64,000 nt of DNA, taken from Parcubacteria group bacterium (GTDB lineage Bacteria > Patescibacteriota > Minisyncoccia > Phycocordibacterales > UBA2135). The notes beneath the pieces were generated by a model that saw only the letters and a list, made by a program, of their open reading frames with translations, searched no databases and was not told the DNA's origin. A program made the translations under genes and the position numbers. Positions 47,113-56,631 of the stretch are shown one piece after another; the first letter of the stretch is position 1; every line of letters starts with the position of its first letter. The DNA lies in NCBI GenBank assembly GCA_016176785.1, contig JACOWN010000007.1:6970-70969 (forward strand), read 5' to 3'.

Positions 47113-48915
47113 ATGGAGATTCCAATGAGCGATGACGTAAAAACAGGCGCCGCGAACAACGTACCGGCGCCGGAAGGACAGTTCGCGGCGGCTTTCGCCG
47201 CCGCGAGGAGCGCGAAGGAAAGCGGTCGGCAGGTGGCGGCGAAGAAGATGCCGAGCTTCGGCCTTCCCTCTCGTGCTTTCAGGACGCAGATTGAGGAGAG
47301 GCGGAAGATGCGCGATGCGCTCATCCTCCGCGGCAAAAACCTGGTCGAAGCGGTGCTCGACCCGTTGCCTGAAGAGGTGTTTGTCCTCGTTGCGCAGCGC
47401 GACGACTTGGTCGCGCAGATGCAGAAGGAGATCGCCGAGAAGGGTCCCACGGCCCGGCTCGCTTTTGAAGGCGAGCTCAAGCAGTACGACAAGTTTCTCG
47501 AGGGATACCTCGAGGGAACCTTCGACCCCAACCTTCAGCCGCACGAGCGCGCGGCCGTGAAGGAGCGGGCGGGGGTGGCGTACATCCTCTGCCGGGCGCT
47601 CGCGCTTTCTAAAAGGGAGGCGTTCCCCGGTGACGTCATTCGGCTGCTCGAGGGCAGCATCGAGAAGAACCTGCCCGAGGACAAGTTTTCCGCCCTCGCG
47701 CTCGGCGTCGTCACCGTCGTTTCGCCCGAGGCGGAAGCCGTCATCAAGAAGAATCCGCGCCGGAGGGACACCGCCGTCGTCATTATCTTGAACAGGAAGA
47801 AGTCCTTCCTGTTCCAGAACGTCGTCGCCGGAAGGCTTGCCGTCGCGGCGGCGAAGAAGGTCCTCGCGAACCCCGACATCCAGGGGTTCCCGGAGACAAT
47901 CCGGGCTCTCTGGGCGCAGGCCGTCCAGCGGGCCGACGCGAAACACGCCGCGGCGGAGAGGGAGATGCGAAAGGGTCTCTCCCTCGGAGCGACCTTCCAT
48001 GATCTCATGGATCAGAAGGAGGTCGTCATCCTCCTTCGAGACCCAGGAGAGGAGGTGGGGGATCGCATTTACCGCCCGGCAGAGATCAAGGTCGCGTCGG
48101 ACGGCACGAACGTCTGGCCGGTGGACGCGGAAGGCCGCGGCGCCGGTAGCGTCCTCTCGTTCGTGAAGAGGGGGATCAGAATTCCCCAGAAGTACTTCGG
48201 CGACTCCTTCCTCAAGGGGGGCGGGCAGCGGCCCGACCTCGCCGGGGCTGAGTTCGCCTTCTGGGCGACGGTGAGACGAGCGATCCAAAACGAAGCAAAC
48301 CTCGCCACGCTCAAGGCCGAGAGCGTGGCGAAGTTCGAGGCGGAGCTCACCGAAGCCGCCTTGCGTGGCAAAAGCCACGCCGCCGAGAAGGGGATTGCCT
48401 ACCTCTCCGAGGCGGAATTTCAGAGCGGCCGCGACGGTGTCGCGGCGGTCTACGTCACGGGGGCGTGGTACGACAAGGAGCGGGATATCAAGGTTTACTA
48501 TCCCGTCATCGTCGTATCTCGCCACGGCGGCAAGGAAGGGCAGAAAAAGATCACTCTCGTTGCCACGATCGGCAACGCAAGCAAGATCTTCGAGGGCTCT
48601 TCCGTCTGCGTCGGCGGAGAGTACTACGAGAGCGACGCCGGACGCGCACAGCCCTACAGCGGCTGCGCATGGCCGCTGAGATCCGTTCTTTGGCTCCACT
48701 CTTCGCAGTTGTCGAAGAGGATGAAGAAAGGAACGGATGAGGAGGTGGAAGCGTCGTCTGCCAGTCCCGCGCCTTCGTCCGACGCGCTCACGACGAGCGG
48801 CACAGACGGCAAGACCCTTGCCGCGGGCAACCCTACTCCCTTCAGTTGCCCGAAGTGCAACTTCATCGCAAAGAACAAGGGCGGGCTTACCGCCCACATG
48901 AAGAAGCACGAGTAG
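47113..48915 (+). CDS. large hypothetical protein with a C-terminal classical C2H2 zinc finger (GC3-rich island II)
   Basis: About 600 aa; C-terminus FSCPKCNFIAKNKGGLTAHMKKHE = C-x2-C-x12-H-x3-H; GGAG RBS before the ATG at 47125; terminator at 48951-48987; strongly GC3-biased codons. Confidence 0.55.
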   Translation: MEIPMSDDVKTGAANNVPAPEGQFAAAFAAARSAKESGRQVAAKKMPSFGLPSRAFRTQIEERRKMRDALILRGKNLVEAVLDPLPEEVFVLVAQRDDLVAQMQKEIAEKGPTARLAFEGELKQYDKFLEGYLEGTFDPNLQPHERAAVKERAGVAYILCRALALSKREAFPGDVIRLLEGSIEKNLPEDKFSALALGVVTVVSPEAEAVIKKNPRRRDTAVVIILNRKKSFLFQNVVAGRLAVAAAKKVLANPDIQGFPETIRALWAQAVQRADAKHAAAEREMRKGLSLGATFHDLMDQKEVVILLRDPGEEVGDRIYRPAEIKVASDGTNVWPVDAEGRGAGSVLSFVKRGIRIPQKYFGDSFLKGGGQRPDLAGAEFAFWATVRRAIQNEANLATLKAESVAKFEAELTEAALRGKSHAAEKGIAYLSEAEFQSGRDGVAAVYVTGAWYDKERDIKVYYPVIVVSRHGGKEGQKKITLVATIGNASKIFEGSSVCVGGEYYESDAGRAQPYSGCAWPLRSVLWLHSSQLSKRMKKGTDEEVEASSASPAPSSDALTTSGTDGKTLAAGNPTPFSCPKCNFIAKNKGGLTAHMKKHE

Positions 48916-48950
48916 CCCCCAATCTAAAACTTCCGTAATTTGTTTCGGAA

Positions 48951-48987
48951 ACCCGCTATGCGCAATGCATGGCGGGTATTTTTTTGC
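48951..48987 (+). terminator. intrinsic terminator after the large hypothetical gene
   Basis: CCCGC...GCGGG stem followed by TATTTTTTT. Confidence 0.5.
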
Positions 48988-48993
48988 CCCACC

Positions 48994-49026
48994 TGTGGAT
49001 AACCAAGCCCAAGGACGGTCCTTTTT
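48994..49026. repeat. bipartite repeat locus C (TGTGGATAA + AAGGACGGTCCTTTTT) upstream of mraY
   Basis: TGTGGATAA at 48994-49002, AAGGACGGTCCTTTTT at 49011-49026. Confidence 0.6.
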
Positions 49027-49080
49027 GGGCCTTATTTTGCGCACTTTGAGCGGCAAAAAAAACGTGTTATATTCAAACCA

Positions 49081-50139
49081 ATGGAAGTCCTCTCCGTTGT
49101 CAAAGTATTTGTGCCAGCGACAGCCGCTTTTTTTGTTGGCATTGTTCTCACGCCGTTTCTCACGCATTTTCTTTACAAACATAAATTGTGGCGCAAGGAA
49201 GCGAAACAGACGACGATCAGTGGCGCGGAAGCCGCGGTAACCCGTTCTCTCGGCAGTCAGCAAAATGAAACAAAAGTTCCTCGCATGGGCGGTATCGTCA
49301 TTTGGGCATCGGTGCTGCTGACGACGCTCGGATTCTGGCTTTTCAAAGATCTCTTCCCTTCCACGCTCACGGAGAAATTGAACTTTTTAAGCAGGAACCA
49401 GACATGGCTCCCTCTTTTTACGCTTGGCGCAGCGTCGCTTGCCGGATTGCTTGATGACGCGCTCGTCGTCTCCGGAAGGGGGCGCTACGCGAGCGGCGGA
49501 TTGCCGCTTCATGTTCGCATCCTTATCGTGCTCGCGATCGGCGCTCTCGGCGGGTGGTGGTTTTTTACCAAATTGGGAGTGAACGCGGTCGCGGTCCCGT
49601 TCGCGGGAGAGATTTTCCTCGGTCTTCTGTTCGTGCCGTTTTTCATGCTCGTGATGCTCGCGCTTTTTTCCGGAAGCGTCATTGACGGCATTGACGGGCT
49701 TGCCGGCGGCATCATGGCGATTATTTTCGCCGCGTACAGCATCATCGCTTTTTTCCAGGATCAGATTGACATCGCCGCTTTTTCCGCCGTCGTTACGGGA
49801 GGACTTCTCGCGTTTTTGTGGTTTAATATCCCCCCCGCGCGGTTTTACATGTCGGAAACCGGCATGCTCGGGCTTACGACCTCGCTCACCGTCATCGCAT
49901 TTTTAACCGACGCGGTCTTTGTGTTGCCGCTCATTGCGTTTCCGCTTGTGGCGGCTTCCGGCTCCGTTATCGTTCAGCTTCTTTCCAAAAAATTCTTCGG
50001 CGTAAAGGTTTTCCGCGCGGCTCCCTTGCACCATCACTTTGAAGCGATCGGCTGGCCTTCATACAAAGTAACCATGCGGTTCTGGGTTCTGGGTGCTATT
50101 TTCGCGCTTCTGGGCGTCGTCGTGGCGCTTGTCGGATAA
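49081..50139 (+). CDS. mraY: phospho-N-acetylmuramoyl-pentapeptide transferase
   Basis: 10-TM GT4/MraY topology; conserved DD, ..VIDGIDGLAGG.. motifs. Confidence 0.9.
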   Translation: MEVLSVVKVFVPATAAFFVGIVLTPFLTHFLYKHKLWRKEAKQTTISGAEAAVTRSLGSQQNETKVPRMGGIVIWASVLLTTLGFWLFKDLFPSTLTEKLNFLSRNQTWLPLFTLGAASLAGLLDDALVVSGRGRYASGGLPLHVRILIVLAIGALGGWWFFTKLGVNAVAVPFAGEIFLGLLFVPFFMLVMLALFSGSVIDGIDGLAGGIMAIIFAAYSIIAFFQDQIDIAAFSAVVTGGLLAFLWFNIPPARFYMSETGMLGLTTSLTVIAFLTDAVFVLPLIAFPLVAASGSVIVQLLSKKFFGVKVFRAAPLHHHFEAIGWPSYKVTMRFWVLGAIFALLGVVVALVG

Positions 50140-50145
50140 TGTTTT

Positions 50146-51237
50146 ATGCAACGGCATTTTGACACATGGTTCCTCGTCTTGGTCATCGCGCTTGTCGTCG
50201 GTGGCTTTTTTGTTTTTCTTTCCGCGTCGCTCGGGCTTCTTGCGCGCAGCGACGCCGTTTTTTCCGGCATCATCATAAATCAGATCGTGAGCCTCACTCT
50301 GGGCGTCGGCGTCCTTGTTCTCATGGCGCGCATCCCGTATCGTTTTTTGAAACCTGCCGCGTTTTATATTTTTCTTCTGGCGATCGGTGCGACGGCGCTT
50401 GTTTTCATCCCTTCATTAGGATTGGCGTACGGCGGCGCGCAACGCTGGCTTGCGGTCGGCCCGTTCACGTTTCAGCCGGCTGAGTTCTTGAAACTGGGAT
50501 TTGTGTTGTACTTTGCCGCGTGGCTTTCCGCAATGCGTATGCGCGTTCATTCGCTCTGGTACGGCATTGTACCGTTCGCTGCGATCATTGGCGTTGTCGG
50601 GGTTCTTCTTTTGGCGCAGCCGGACACCAGCACCTTCGTCATCGTCATTGGAACAGGCCTCGGCATGTTCCTTGCCAGCGGCGCGCGCTGGCGGCACATC
50701 CTCGCTCTCTCCGGAGCGGCTTTCGCGGGACTCGGCGGCGTCGCGTTCTGGAAACCGTATATCCAACAGCGCATCATTACTTTTTTTGACCCCTCGTTTG
50801 ACCCCCTTGGCGCGGGTTATCAGATCCAGCAGTCGCTCATCGCCATCGGTTCGGGCCAGCTGTGGGGCAGGGGGTTTGGCCAAAGCGTCCAGAAATTCGG
50901 TTTTCTTCCCGAACCGGTCGGCGACTCCATTTTCGCCGTCTTTGCCGAGGAATTCGGTTTTTTCGGAAGCGCAGCGCTCGTCACGCTCTTCGTGCTCTTT
51001 GCGTTTCGCGGTTTTTCCATAGCGGCGCGCGCCCCCGATTATTTTGCTCGACTGACGGTCGTCGGACTTGTTATACTCATTGTAGGGCAAGCGTTCCTGA
51101 ATATCGGCGCCATGCTCGCCGTTTTTCCGCTGACCGGTTTGCCTCTGCCGTTCGTTTCTCACGGCGGCTCCGCGCTCCTTTTGACGCTTGCTGAAGCGGG
51201 GATCATACTGAACATTTCACGGTACGTTAAAACGTAG
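50146..51237 (+). CDS. ftsW: SEDS-family peptidoglycan glycosyltransferase FtsW/RodA
   Basis: 363 aa polytopic; ..GGAQRWL..GPF.FQP.EF.K.. SEDS signature; lies between mraY and murG. Confidence 0.85.
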   Translation: MQRHFDTWFLVLVIALVVGGFFVFLSASLGLLARSDAVFSGIIINQIVSLTLGVGVLVLMARIPYRFLKPAAFYIFLLAIGATALVFIPSLGLAYGGAQRWLAVGPFTFQPAEFLKLGFVLYFAAWLSAMRMRVHSLWYGIVPFAAIIGVVGVLLLAQPDTSTFVIVIGTGLGMFLASGARWRHILALSGAAFAGLGGVAFWKPYIQQRIITFFDPSFDPLGAGYQIQQSLIAIGSGQLWGRGFGQSVQKFGFLPEPVGDSIFAVFAEEFGFFGSAALVTLFVLFAFRGFSIAARAPDYFARLTVVGLVILIVGQAFLNIGAMLAVFPLTGLPLPFVSHGGSALLLTLAEAGIILNISRYVKT

Positions 51238-51317
51238 TGGTCCTTTGGCGGTGCCGCGGGCAAACGGCGATACGCGCGGCGCGCATCATTCCCTATCAAA
51301 ATTTACAGCAAAAATCC

Positions 51318-52445
51318 ATGAAAATTTTATTGACTGGCGGCGGTTCCGCCGGACATTTCTACCCGCTGATCGCCATCGCCGATGCGGTGCGGCGTATTGC
51401 CGAAAAAGAAAAACTTGTTAAACCGGAGTTGTATTATCTTTCAACGTCGCCTTACGACGAGCGCGTTTTGTTTGACAACGACATCGTTTTTAAGCGTGTC
51501 TTTGCCGGTAAAATGCGCCGCTATTTTTCCCTTTTAAATCTCATTGATATTTTTCCGATGACGCTCGGCCTCGTGAAGGCCTTGTGGAGCGTTTATTTCG
51601 TGTATCCTGACGTGGTGGTGAGCAAGGGCGGCTATGCGAGCATTCCCGCCGTGTTTGCGGCGCGTCTTCTCAACATTCCGGTCATCATCCACGAGTCGGA
51701 TGCCGTTCCCGGCCGCGCAAACCGTTGGGCGGCGCGCTTCGCGGTCCGCATCGCGCTTTCGTGGCCTGAAGCCCAAGCGTTTTTTCCTGCGGAAAAAACG
51801 GCGGTCACCGGTCAGCCGGTACGCGAAGAAATCAAAATTCCTTCGGAACGCGGCGCGCGGGAATATCTGCATCTTGAAGAGGAAGCGCCGGTCGTGCTGG
51901 TGCTCGGCGGCTCCCAAGGAGCGGAGCGCATCAATCAGACGATCCTTGACAGCGTGGCGGATCTCGTGGAGCGTTTCCAAATAATCCATCAAGTTGGCGT
52001 GAAAAACCTGCCCGCCCTTGAACAACTGCGCAAAGCGATCCTCGGCGGGAACGTGCACAAAGAACGGTATCATCCTTTCGGATATTTGAATGCGCTCGCT
52101 TTGCGGATGTCGGCGGGCGCCGCTGACCTCGTCGTGTCCCGCGCCGGTTCCACGATCTTTGAGATCGCCGCATGGGGGCGGCCGAGCATCATCATCCCTC
52201 TTACGGATTCAAACGGCGATCACCAGCGGCGCAACGCATTCAATTACGCGCGCTCCGGCGCCTGCATCGTCATTGAGGAAAAAAACCTGACCCCGCACGT
52301 GCTTTTGGCGGAGATACAACGGCTCATGGACCACCGCGAAGAACGCGAACGCATGGCAGAAGCGGCAAAAAGTTTTTTTGTTCCCGGTGCGGCGGAAAAA
52401 ATAGCGCAGGAGGCGATCACTATAGCGCTCAAGCACGAACGATAA
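51318..52445 (+). CDS. murG: undecaprenyldiphospho-muramoylpentapeptide beta-N-acetylglucosaminyltransferase
   Basis: MKILLTGGGSAGHFYP N-terminal G-loop, GT28 two-domain layout; the ATG at 51318 is preferred. Confidence 0.85.
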   Translation: MKILLTGGGSAGHFYPLIAIADAVRRIAEKEKLVKPELYYLSTSPYDERVLFDNDIVFKRVFAGKMRRYFSLLNLIDIFPMTLGLVKALWSVYFVYPDVVVSKGGYASIPAVFAARLLNIPVIIHESDAVPGRANRWAARFAVRIALSWPEAQAFFPAEKTAVTGQPVREEIKIPSERGAREYLHLEEEAPVVLVLGGSQGAERINQTILDSVADLVERFQIIHQVGVKNLPALEQLRKAILGGNVHKERYHPFGYLNALALRMSAGAADLVVSRAGSTIFEIAAWGRPSIIIPLTDSNGDHQRRNAFNYARSGACIVIEEKNLTPHVLLAEIQRLMDHREERERMAEAAKSFFVPGAAEKIAQEAITIALKHER

Positions 52446-52481
52446 TATGCGAAGCCGCCGATCGCTCTTGGTTCTTGACCC

Positions 52482-53846
52482 ATGATTTCTGACTCCAAAA
52501 AAATCGTAACCCGTTTCGCTCCTTCTCCGACCGGCCCTTTTCATGTGGGAGCGGCGCGCACGGCGCTTTTTAATTTTTTGTTCACGCGGCATCACGGCGG
52601 CGTTTTCATCCTTCGCATTGAAGACACCGACAGTGCGCGTTCAAAAAAAGAATACGAAGAAGACATACTGCGCGGTCTTTCGTGGCTTGGCATCGCATAC
52701 GACGAGCTGCATCGGCAATCGGAACGAACCGCGGAATATCGCGGATCGATAGAGCGTCTGCTTCGCGACGGGACGGCGTATGTTTCCGCGGAGGAACGGG
52801 ACGGCGCGACAAGCGATGTCATCCGGTTCAGGAACCCCAACCAGCCGGTCACCTTTAACGATGCCGTGCGCGGCGAAATTACCTTTGATACGACCGAGCT
52901 CAAGGACTTTGTGATCGCCCGCTCCGTTGAGGAACCTCTCTACAACCTCGCAGTCGTCATTGATGACGGCGCAATGCGGGTAACCCACGTCATTCGCGGG
53001 GAAGACCATATCTCCAATACGCCGCGTCAAATTTTATTGCAGCGGGCGCTTGGACTGCCGCAGCCAATCTACGTCCACATTCCGCTCGTGCTTGCTCCCG
53101 ACCGCAGCAAACTCTCAAAACGGCACGGGGCAACGTCGGTATCCGAGTATCGCGATGCGGGATATCTGCCCGAAGCATTGGTCAACTTTCTTGCGCTTCT
53201 CGGCTGGTCTCCGCAGGAAGGGGCGGGGGACGAAGCCGCGGAAATCATGTCGCTCGGGGAACTCATTGCGCACTTTGATATTGACAAAATACAGAAAAGT
53301 GGTGCAATTTTTAATCTTGAAAAACTGCAATGGATGAATCGCCAGCACATTAGACGGCTGCCGCAGGAAAAACTTGAGCAGTATGTCGCGTCGTTTATGC
53401 CGCCTGACGTTGCGTCGTTGCCGCAATACGATCCGCCGCGCCTTGCGCGCGCCGCTTCGCTCATTGCCGAACGGCTCAAAACATTCGGCGACATCCGCAC
53501 GATGGCCGATGCGGGGGAACTCACGTTCTTTTTCGCGGCGCCGCCGTACCCCGAGCCGCACAAGCTTGCGTGGCGTACGGCTTCGCGCGAAGAGACGGTA
53601 CGCCACCTTGAGGAAGCGGCGGCGCTCCTTAAAAATGTTGCCGATCGCGATTTCATTGCGCGAACGATCACCGCCGTTCTTATGCCGTACGCCGAAGAAC
53701 ACGGCCGCGGCAACGTCCTGTGGCCTGTGCGGTACGCGCTTTCCGGAAAGGATCGGTCGCCGGACCCGTTTACTCTCGCCGCGGCTCTCGGCAAGGAGGA
53801 AACGCTCGCGCGGCTTTCTCTAGCCCGCGAGGCGCTCCAGAAGTAA
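52482..53846 (+). CDS. gltX: glutamyl-tRNA synthetase
   Basis: HIGH-like (PSPTGPFHVGAAR) and KLSKR (KMSKS-type) motifs. Confidence 0.9.
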   Translation: MISDSKKIVTRFAPSPTGPFHVGAARTALFNFLFTRHHGGVFILRIEDTDSARSKKEYEEDILRGLSWLGIAYDELHRQSERTAEYRGSIERLLRDGTAYVSAEERDGATSDVIRFRNPNQPVTFNDAVRGEITFDTTELKDFVIARSVEEPLYNLAVVIDDGAMRVTHVIRGEDHISNTPRQILLQRALGLPQPIYVHIPLVLAPDRSKLSKRHGATSVSEYRDAGYLPEALVNFLALLGWSPQEGAGDEAAEIMSLGELIAHFDIDKIQKSGAIFNLEKLQWMNRQHIRRLPQEKLEQYVASFMPPDVASLPQYDPPRLARAASLIAERLKTFGDIRTMADAGELTFFFAAPPYPEPHKLAWRTASREETVRHLEEAAALLKNVADRDFIARTITAVLMPYAEEHGRGNVLWPVRYALSGKDRSPDPFTLAAALGKEETLARLSLAREALQK

Positions 53847-53849
53847 TGT

Positions 53850-55196
53850 ATGTTTTCTGTGGATAACCTGTGGAAAAACCCGAAAAGGACCGTCCTTTTT
53901 GCCGGGGTTGCCGCGCTCGCGTTTTTGGGATACTTGGGATATGCGCCAGGAAATGCGCCGGCGGTCTTTTCTGCGGGGCTTATTGATGAGTTGCGTTCAA
54001 AGATACAGGAACGGAACAGCGAAATTGAGAAATTGGAGCAGGAAATCAAACGCTACGAAACGGAAATCACCACCATCAACAAAGCAACGCGGACGCTAAC
54101 GTCAACGGTTGCCGAAATAACGACAACGGAACGGAAACTTCGCACGGACATTACGCTTACGGAGCGAAAAATCAACACCGCCGCGCTTACGATACAAGCG
54201 CTCTCCGATGAGATCGCCGACAAAGAAGCGCGCATCAAAACCAACACCGCCGCGATCGGCGAGATCGTGCGGCGGATGCATGAACTGGAGTCGCGCTCGC
54301 TCATAGAAATATTTCTTTCCCGCGACACGTTTTCAAGTTTCTGGGACATTGTGGAAAATCTCGGGCGTCTTGAAAAAGGGGTTGCGGCAAACGTTGCCGA
54401 GCTTGAGTTTCTGAAGGAAGGATTTCTTACGGCGCGTTCCGAACGCGAGGCGGAAAAAACGCGGCAGACAAAACTCCGCAACCAACTCGCGGACCAAAAG
54501 GAACTTGTGGCGGCGAGCCGCGCACAGCAGGAAAAGCTCTTGCGCGAAACCAAAAACAAAGAAACGCTTTACCAAAATCTTCTTGAGGAACGCCTCGCGC
54601 GCAAAGAAGCGCTTGAGTCCGAGATCGCGGCGTTTGAAGACCAGCTGCGCGTTGAAATTGACCCGTCCAGTTTGCCGCCGACGGGGATGGGGGGCGTGCT
54701 TTCATGGCCGCTCGCAAGCGTTACCGTCACGCAGTATTTCGGCAACACGCCGTTCGCGAGCAAAAATCCACAGATCTATAACGGCGGCGGGCACAACGGC
54801 ATAGACCTGCGCGCTTCCGTAGGAACGCCCGTTTTGGCGGCGGCAAACGGCATCGTGGTGGACACGGGCGACACCGACACTGGCTGTTACGGCGCTTCTT
54901 ACGGCAAATGGGTACTGGTGAAGCACTACAACAACCTCGCGACCTTGTATGCGCACCTCTCGCTTATTCGCGTCGCGGCGGGGGAAGAAGTCAGGACCGG
55001 CGACTTGGTCGGATACAGCGGCAACACCGGATATTCAACGGGGCCGCACCTTCACTTTTCCGTGTATGCCGCTTCGGCGGTCCGCGTTACGGACGCATAC
55101 AAAAGCAAAGTATGCAAAACGAACCTCAAACTCCCGCTCTCGCCGCGAAACGGATACCTCAATCCGCTGTCGTATCTGCCGGCACTTGATAATTAG
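53850..55196 (+). CDS. M23-family peptidase with N-terminal TM anchor and long coiled coil (EnvC/LytM-like)
   Basis: C-terminal LytM domain (GxHNGIDL..., ..YAHLS..., GNTGYSTGPHLHF); about 250-aa coiled coil. Confidence 0.8.
   Translation: MFSVDNLWKNPKRTVLFAGVAALAFLGYLGYAPGNAPAVFSAGLIDELRSKIQERNSEIEKLEQEIKRYETEITTINKATRTLTSTVAEITTTERKLRTDITLTERKINTAALTIQALSDEIADKEARIKTNTAAIGEIVRRMHELESRSLIEIFLSRDTFSSFWDIVENLGRLEKGVAANVAELEFLKEGFLTARSEREAEKTRQTKLRNQLADQKELVAASRAQQEKLLRETKNKETLYQNLLEERLARKEALESEIAAFEDQLRVEIDPSSLPPTGMGGVLSWPLASVTVTQYFGNTPFASKNPQIYNGGGHNGIDLRASVGTPVLAAANGIVVDTGDTDTGCYGASYGKWVLVKHYNNLATLYAHLSLIRVAAGEEVRTGDLVGYSGNTGYSTGPHLHFSVYAASAVRVTDAYKSKVCKTNLKLPLSPRNGYLNPLSYLPALDN
53858..53900. 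repeat. bipartite repeat locus D (TGTGGATAA, TGTGGAAAA, AAAAGGACCGTCCTTTTT) overlapping the 5' end of the M23 peptidase CDS
   Basis: Encodes ..VDNLWKNPKRTVLF.. in frame if the ATG at 53850 is the true start. Confidence 0.6.
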
Positions 55197-55221
55197 TCGG
55201 GATTTGTCAATAATTAAAATA

Positions 55222-55536
55222 ATGCGCACGCTCCATTACCAAAAACAATCCGGTCTGGTAAAACTTATCCTTCTCGTCATTTTTGTTATTTTGGTTCTTT
55301 CCTATTTCAGCATTGACGTTCGGGGGATAGTAGAGTCGGAACAATCGCAGAAGAATTTTACCTATGTCTGGGGATGGGTTGTGTTTGTGTGGGACAGATA
55401 TCTCGGCGAACCGGTGCGGTATGTATGGAACAACATCGTGGTGAATCTATTGTGGGAAAGTTTTGTGAGCAACCTTGAACGCATCAAAAGGGGAGCGCCG
55501 AACGATTTTGAGCTCATGGCGCCGCAGGCGCCGTGA
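55222..55536 (+). CDS. hypothetical small membrane protein
   Basis: 104 aa; one TM segment plus a Trp-rich domain; hairpin terminator at 55538-55575. Confidence 0.4.
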   Translation: MRTLHYQKQSGLVKLILLVIFVILVLSYFSIDVRGIVESEQSQKNFTYVWGWVVFVWDRYLGEPVRYVWNNIVVNLLWESFVSNLERIKRGAPNDFELMAPQAP

Positions 55537-55643
55537 GAACCGCGCCCTCGGGGGAGAGGGCGCGGTTTCCTTCTCCACTTTGTATAGTGCAGTCAAGATA
55601 TATTGTGCGACATTATAAGGATGCCGCGAAGCGCAGTTTCTCC

Positions 55644-55901
55644 CTACTCCCCTCTGCCCAAGAAGTGAACGATGCGCCGCAGGTACGGCGCGTATTTTGG
55701 GTACCGGTCTGTGCATTTCTCAATCCCCGTTCGCACCCATCGGTACTCAAACGATAAGAGGTAAAAACCGATCACAATGAACAAAAATCCCTGCAAAAAC
55801 GGCAAAACGATGCCGGTGATGCCGACAATAATCAAAAAACCTCCCGCGATCGTAATGAGCCCCCTTCGTATACTCCCCCTCATACTGTTTGCATAAATCA
55901 C
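55644..55901 (-). CDS. hypothetical small membrane protein (two TM segments)
   Basis: 85 aa; GLITIAGGFLIIVGITGIVLPFLQGFLFIVIGFYLL. Confidence 0.4.
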   Translation of the reverse strand: MIYANSMRGSIRRGLITIAGGFLIIVGITGIVLPFLQGFLFIVIGFYLLSFEYRWVRTGIEKCTDRYPKYAPYLRRIVHFLGRGE

Positions 55902-55906
55902 GCGTC

Positions 55907-56299
55907 CTATTTCCCGTTAAGCCCCGGACAGTTGCTTGCCGGTTCGTAGCCGGCGGCGCGCGCTTCTTCTTCCGAGGCGAACCATAGTTTATTTGCTTCG
56001 CTTATTTGTGACGCCCCCGGGCACCACGGAAAGTGATACTTGCTCCCCTTCGCCGACGCGATGAATTGGCCCGCCGCCGCGGTTGGAAGCGCGCGTTCTG
56101 TCGGCGCAGTGCGTTCCCCTCCCTCTGCGGCTGCCCCGACAATGCGTATCGGCTCTTTCGCTTCAAATATTTTTGACAGGCGACCGAGGCCGAATCCCCC
56201 GAAGCCGACGAGGATAATGAGCGCGACAATGAACAAATCCTCTCGCCCGCTGAGCTTTTTAAGCGCACCCTTGCATTTTTCAGAAAAAACTTGTAACAT
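55907..56299 (-). CDS. hypothetical membrane-anchored protein with a C-terminal Cys/His motif (Ada-like metal-binding domain?)
   Basis: TM segment, then ..KYHFPWCPGASQISEANKLWFASEEEARAAGYEPASNCPG reminiscent of the YHxPxC...F.S.EEA.AAGxxPC pattern; start at 56299 preferred. Confidence 0.4.
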   Translation of the reverse strand: MLQVFSEKCKGALKKLSGREDLFIVALIILVGFGGFGLGRLSKIFEAKEPIRIVGAAAEGGERTAPTERALPTAAAGQFIASAKGSKYHFPWCPGASQISEANKLWFASEEEARAAGYEPASNCPGLNGK

Positions 56300-56330
56300 G
56301 CTTACACGCTTACATTTATAAATTTTCGTT

Positions 56331-56618
56331 ATGGCACACAAAAAAGCCGGAGGAACAGTCAAAAACCTGCGCGATTCAAACCCGAAATATCTCGGCACGA
56401 AAAAGTACGACGGCGAGACGGTAAAAAGGGGCTTTATTCTCGTGCGTCAGCGCGGCACCAAGATCCAGGCGGGCAGAAATGTTCGCCGCGGCAAGGATTA
56501 TACCCTCTTTGCGGCGATTGACGGCACGGTGCGTTTCAGGACGATCCGGAAAAAAGCATACACGGGGCACGTGCGTGCCCGCAAAGAAATTTCCGTGATG
56601 CCTGCGGGCACGAAGTGA
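56331..56618 (+). CDS. rpmA: ribosomal protein L27
   Basis: [19 protein letters not shown]...[27 protein letters not shown]. Confidence 0.9.
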   Translation: MAHKKAGGTVKNLRDSNPKYLGTKKYDGETVKRGFILVRQRGTKIQAGRNVRRGKDYTLFAAIDGTVRFRTIRKKAYTGHVRARKEISVMPAGTK

Positions 56619-56631
56619 GTGAACGAACCGG

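Noticed and set aside
47107-49263. 718-aa minus-strand ORF
   Set aside because: It runs antisense to the GC3-rich 600-aa gene. It is Arg-rich, as expected for the antisense of a GC-rich gene. Its start would lie inside mraY. The plus-strand gene has an RBS and a downstream terminator. It is judged a compositional artefact.
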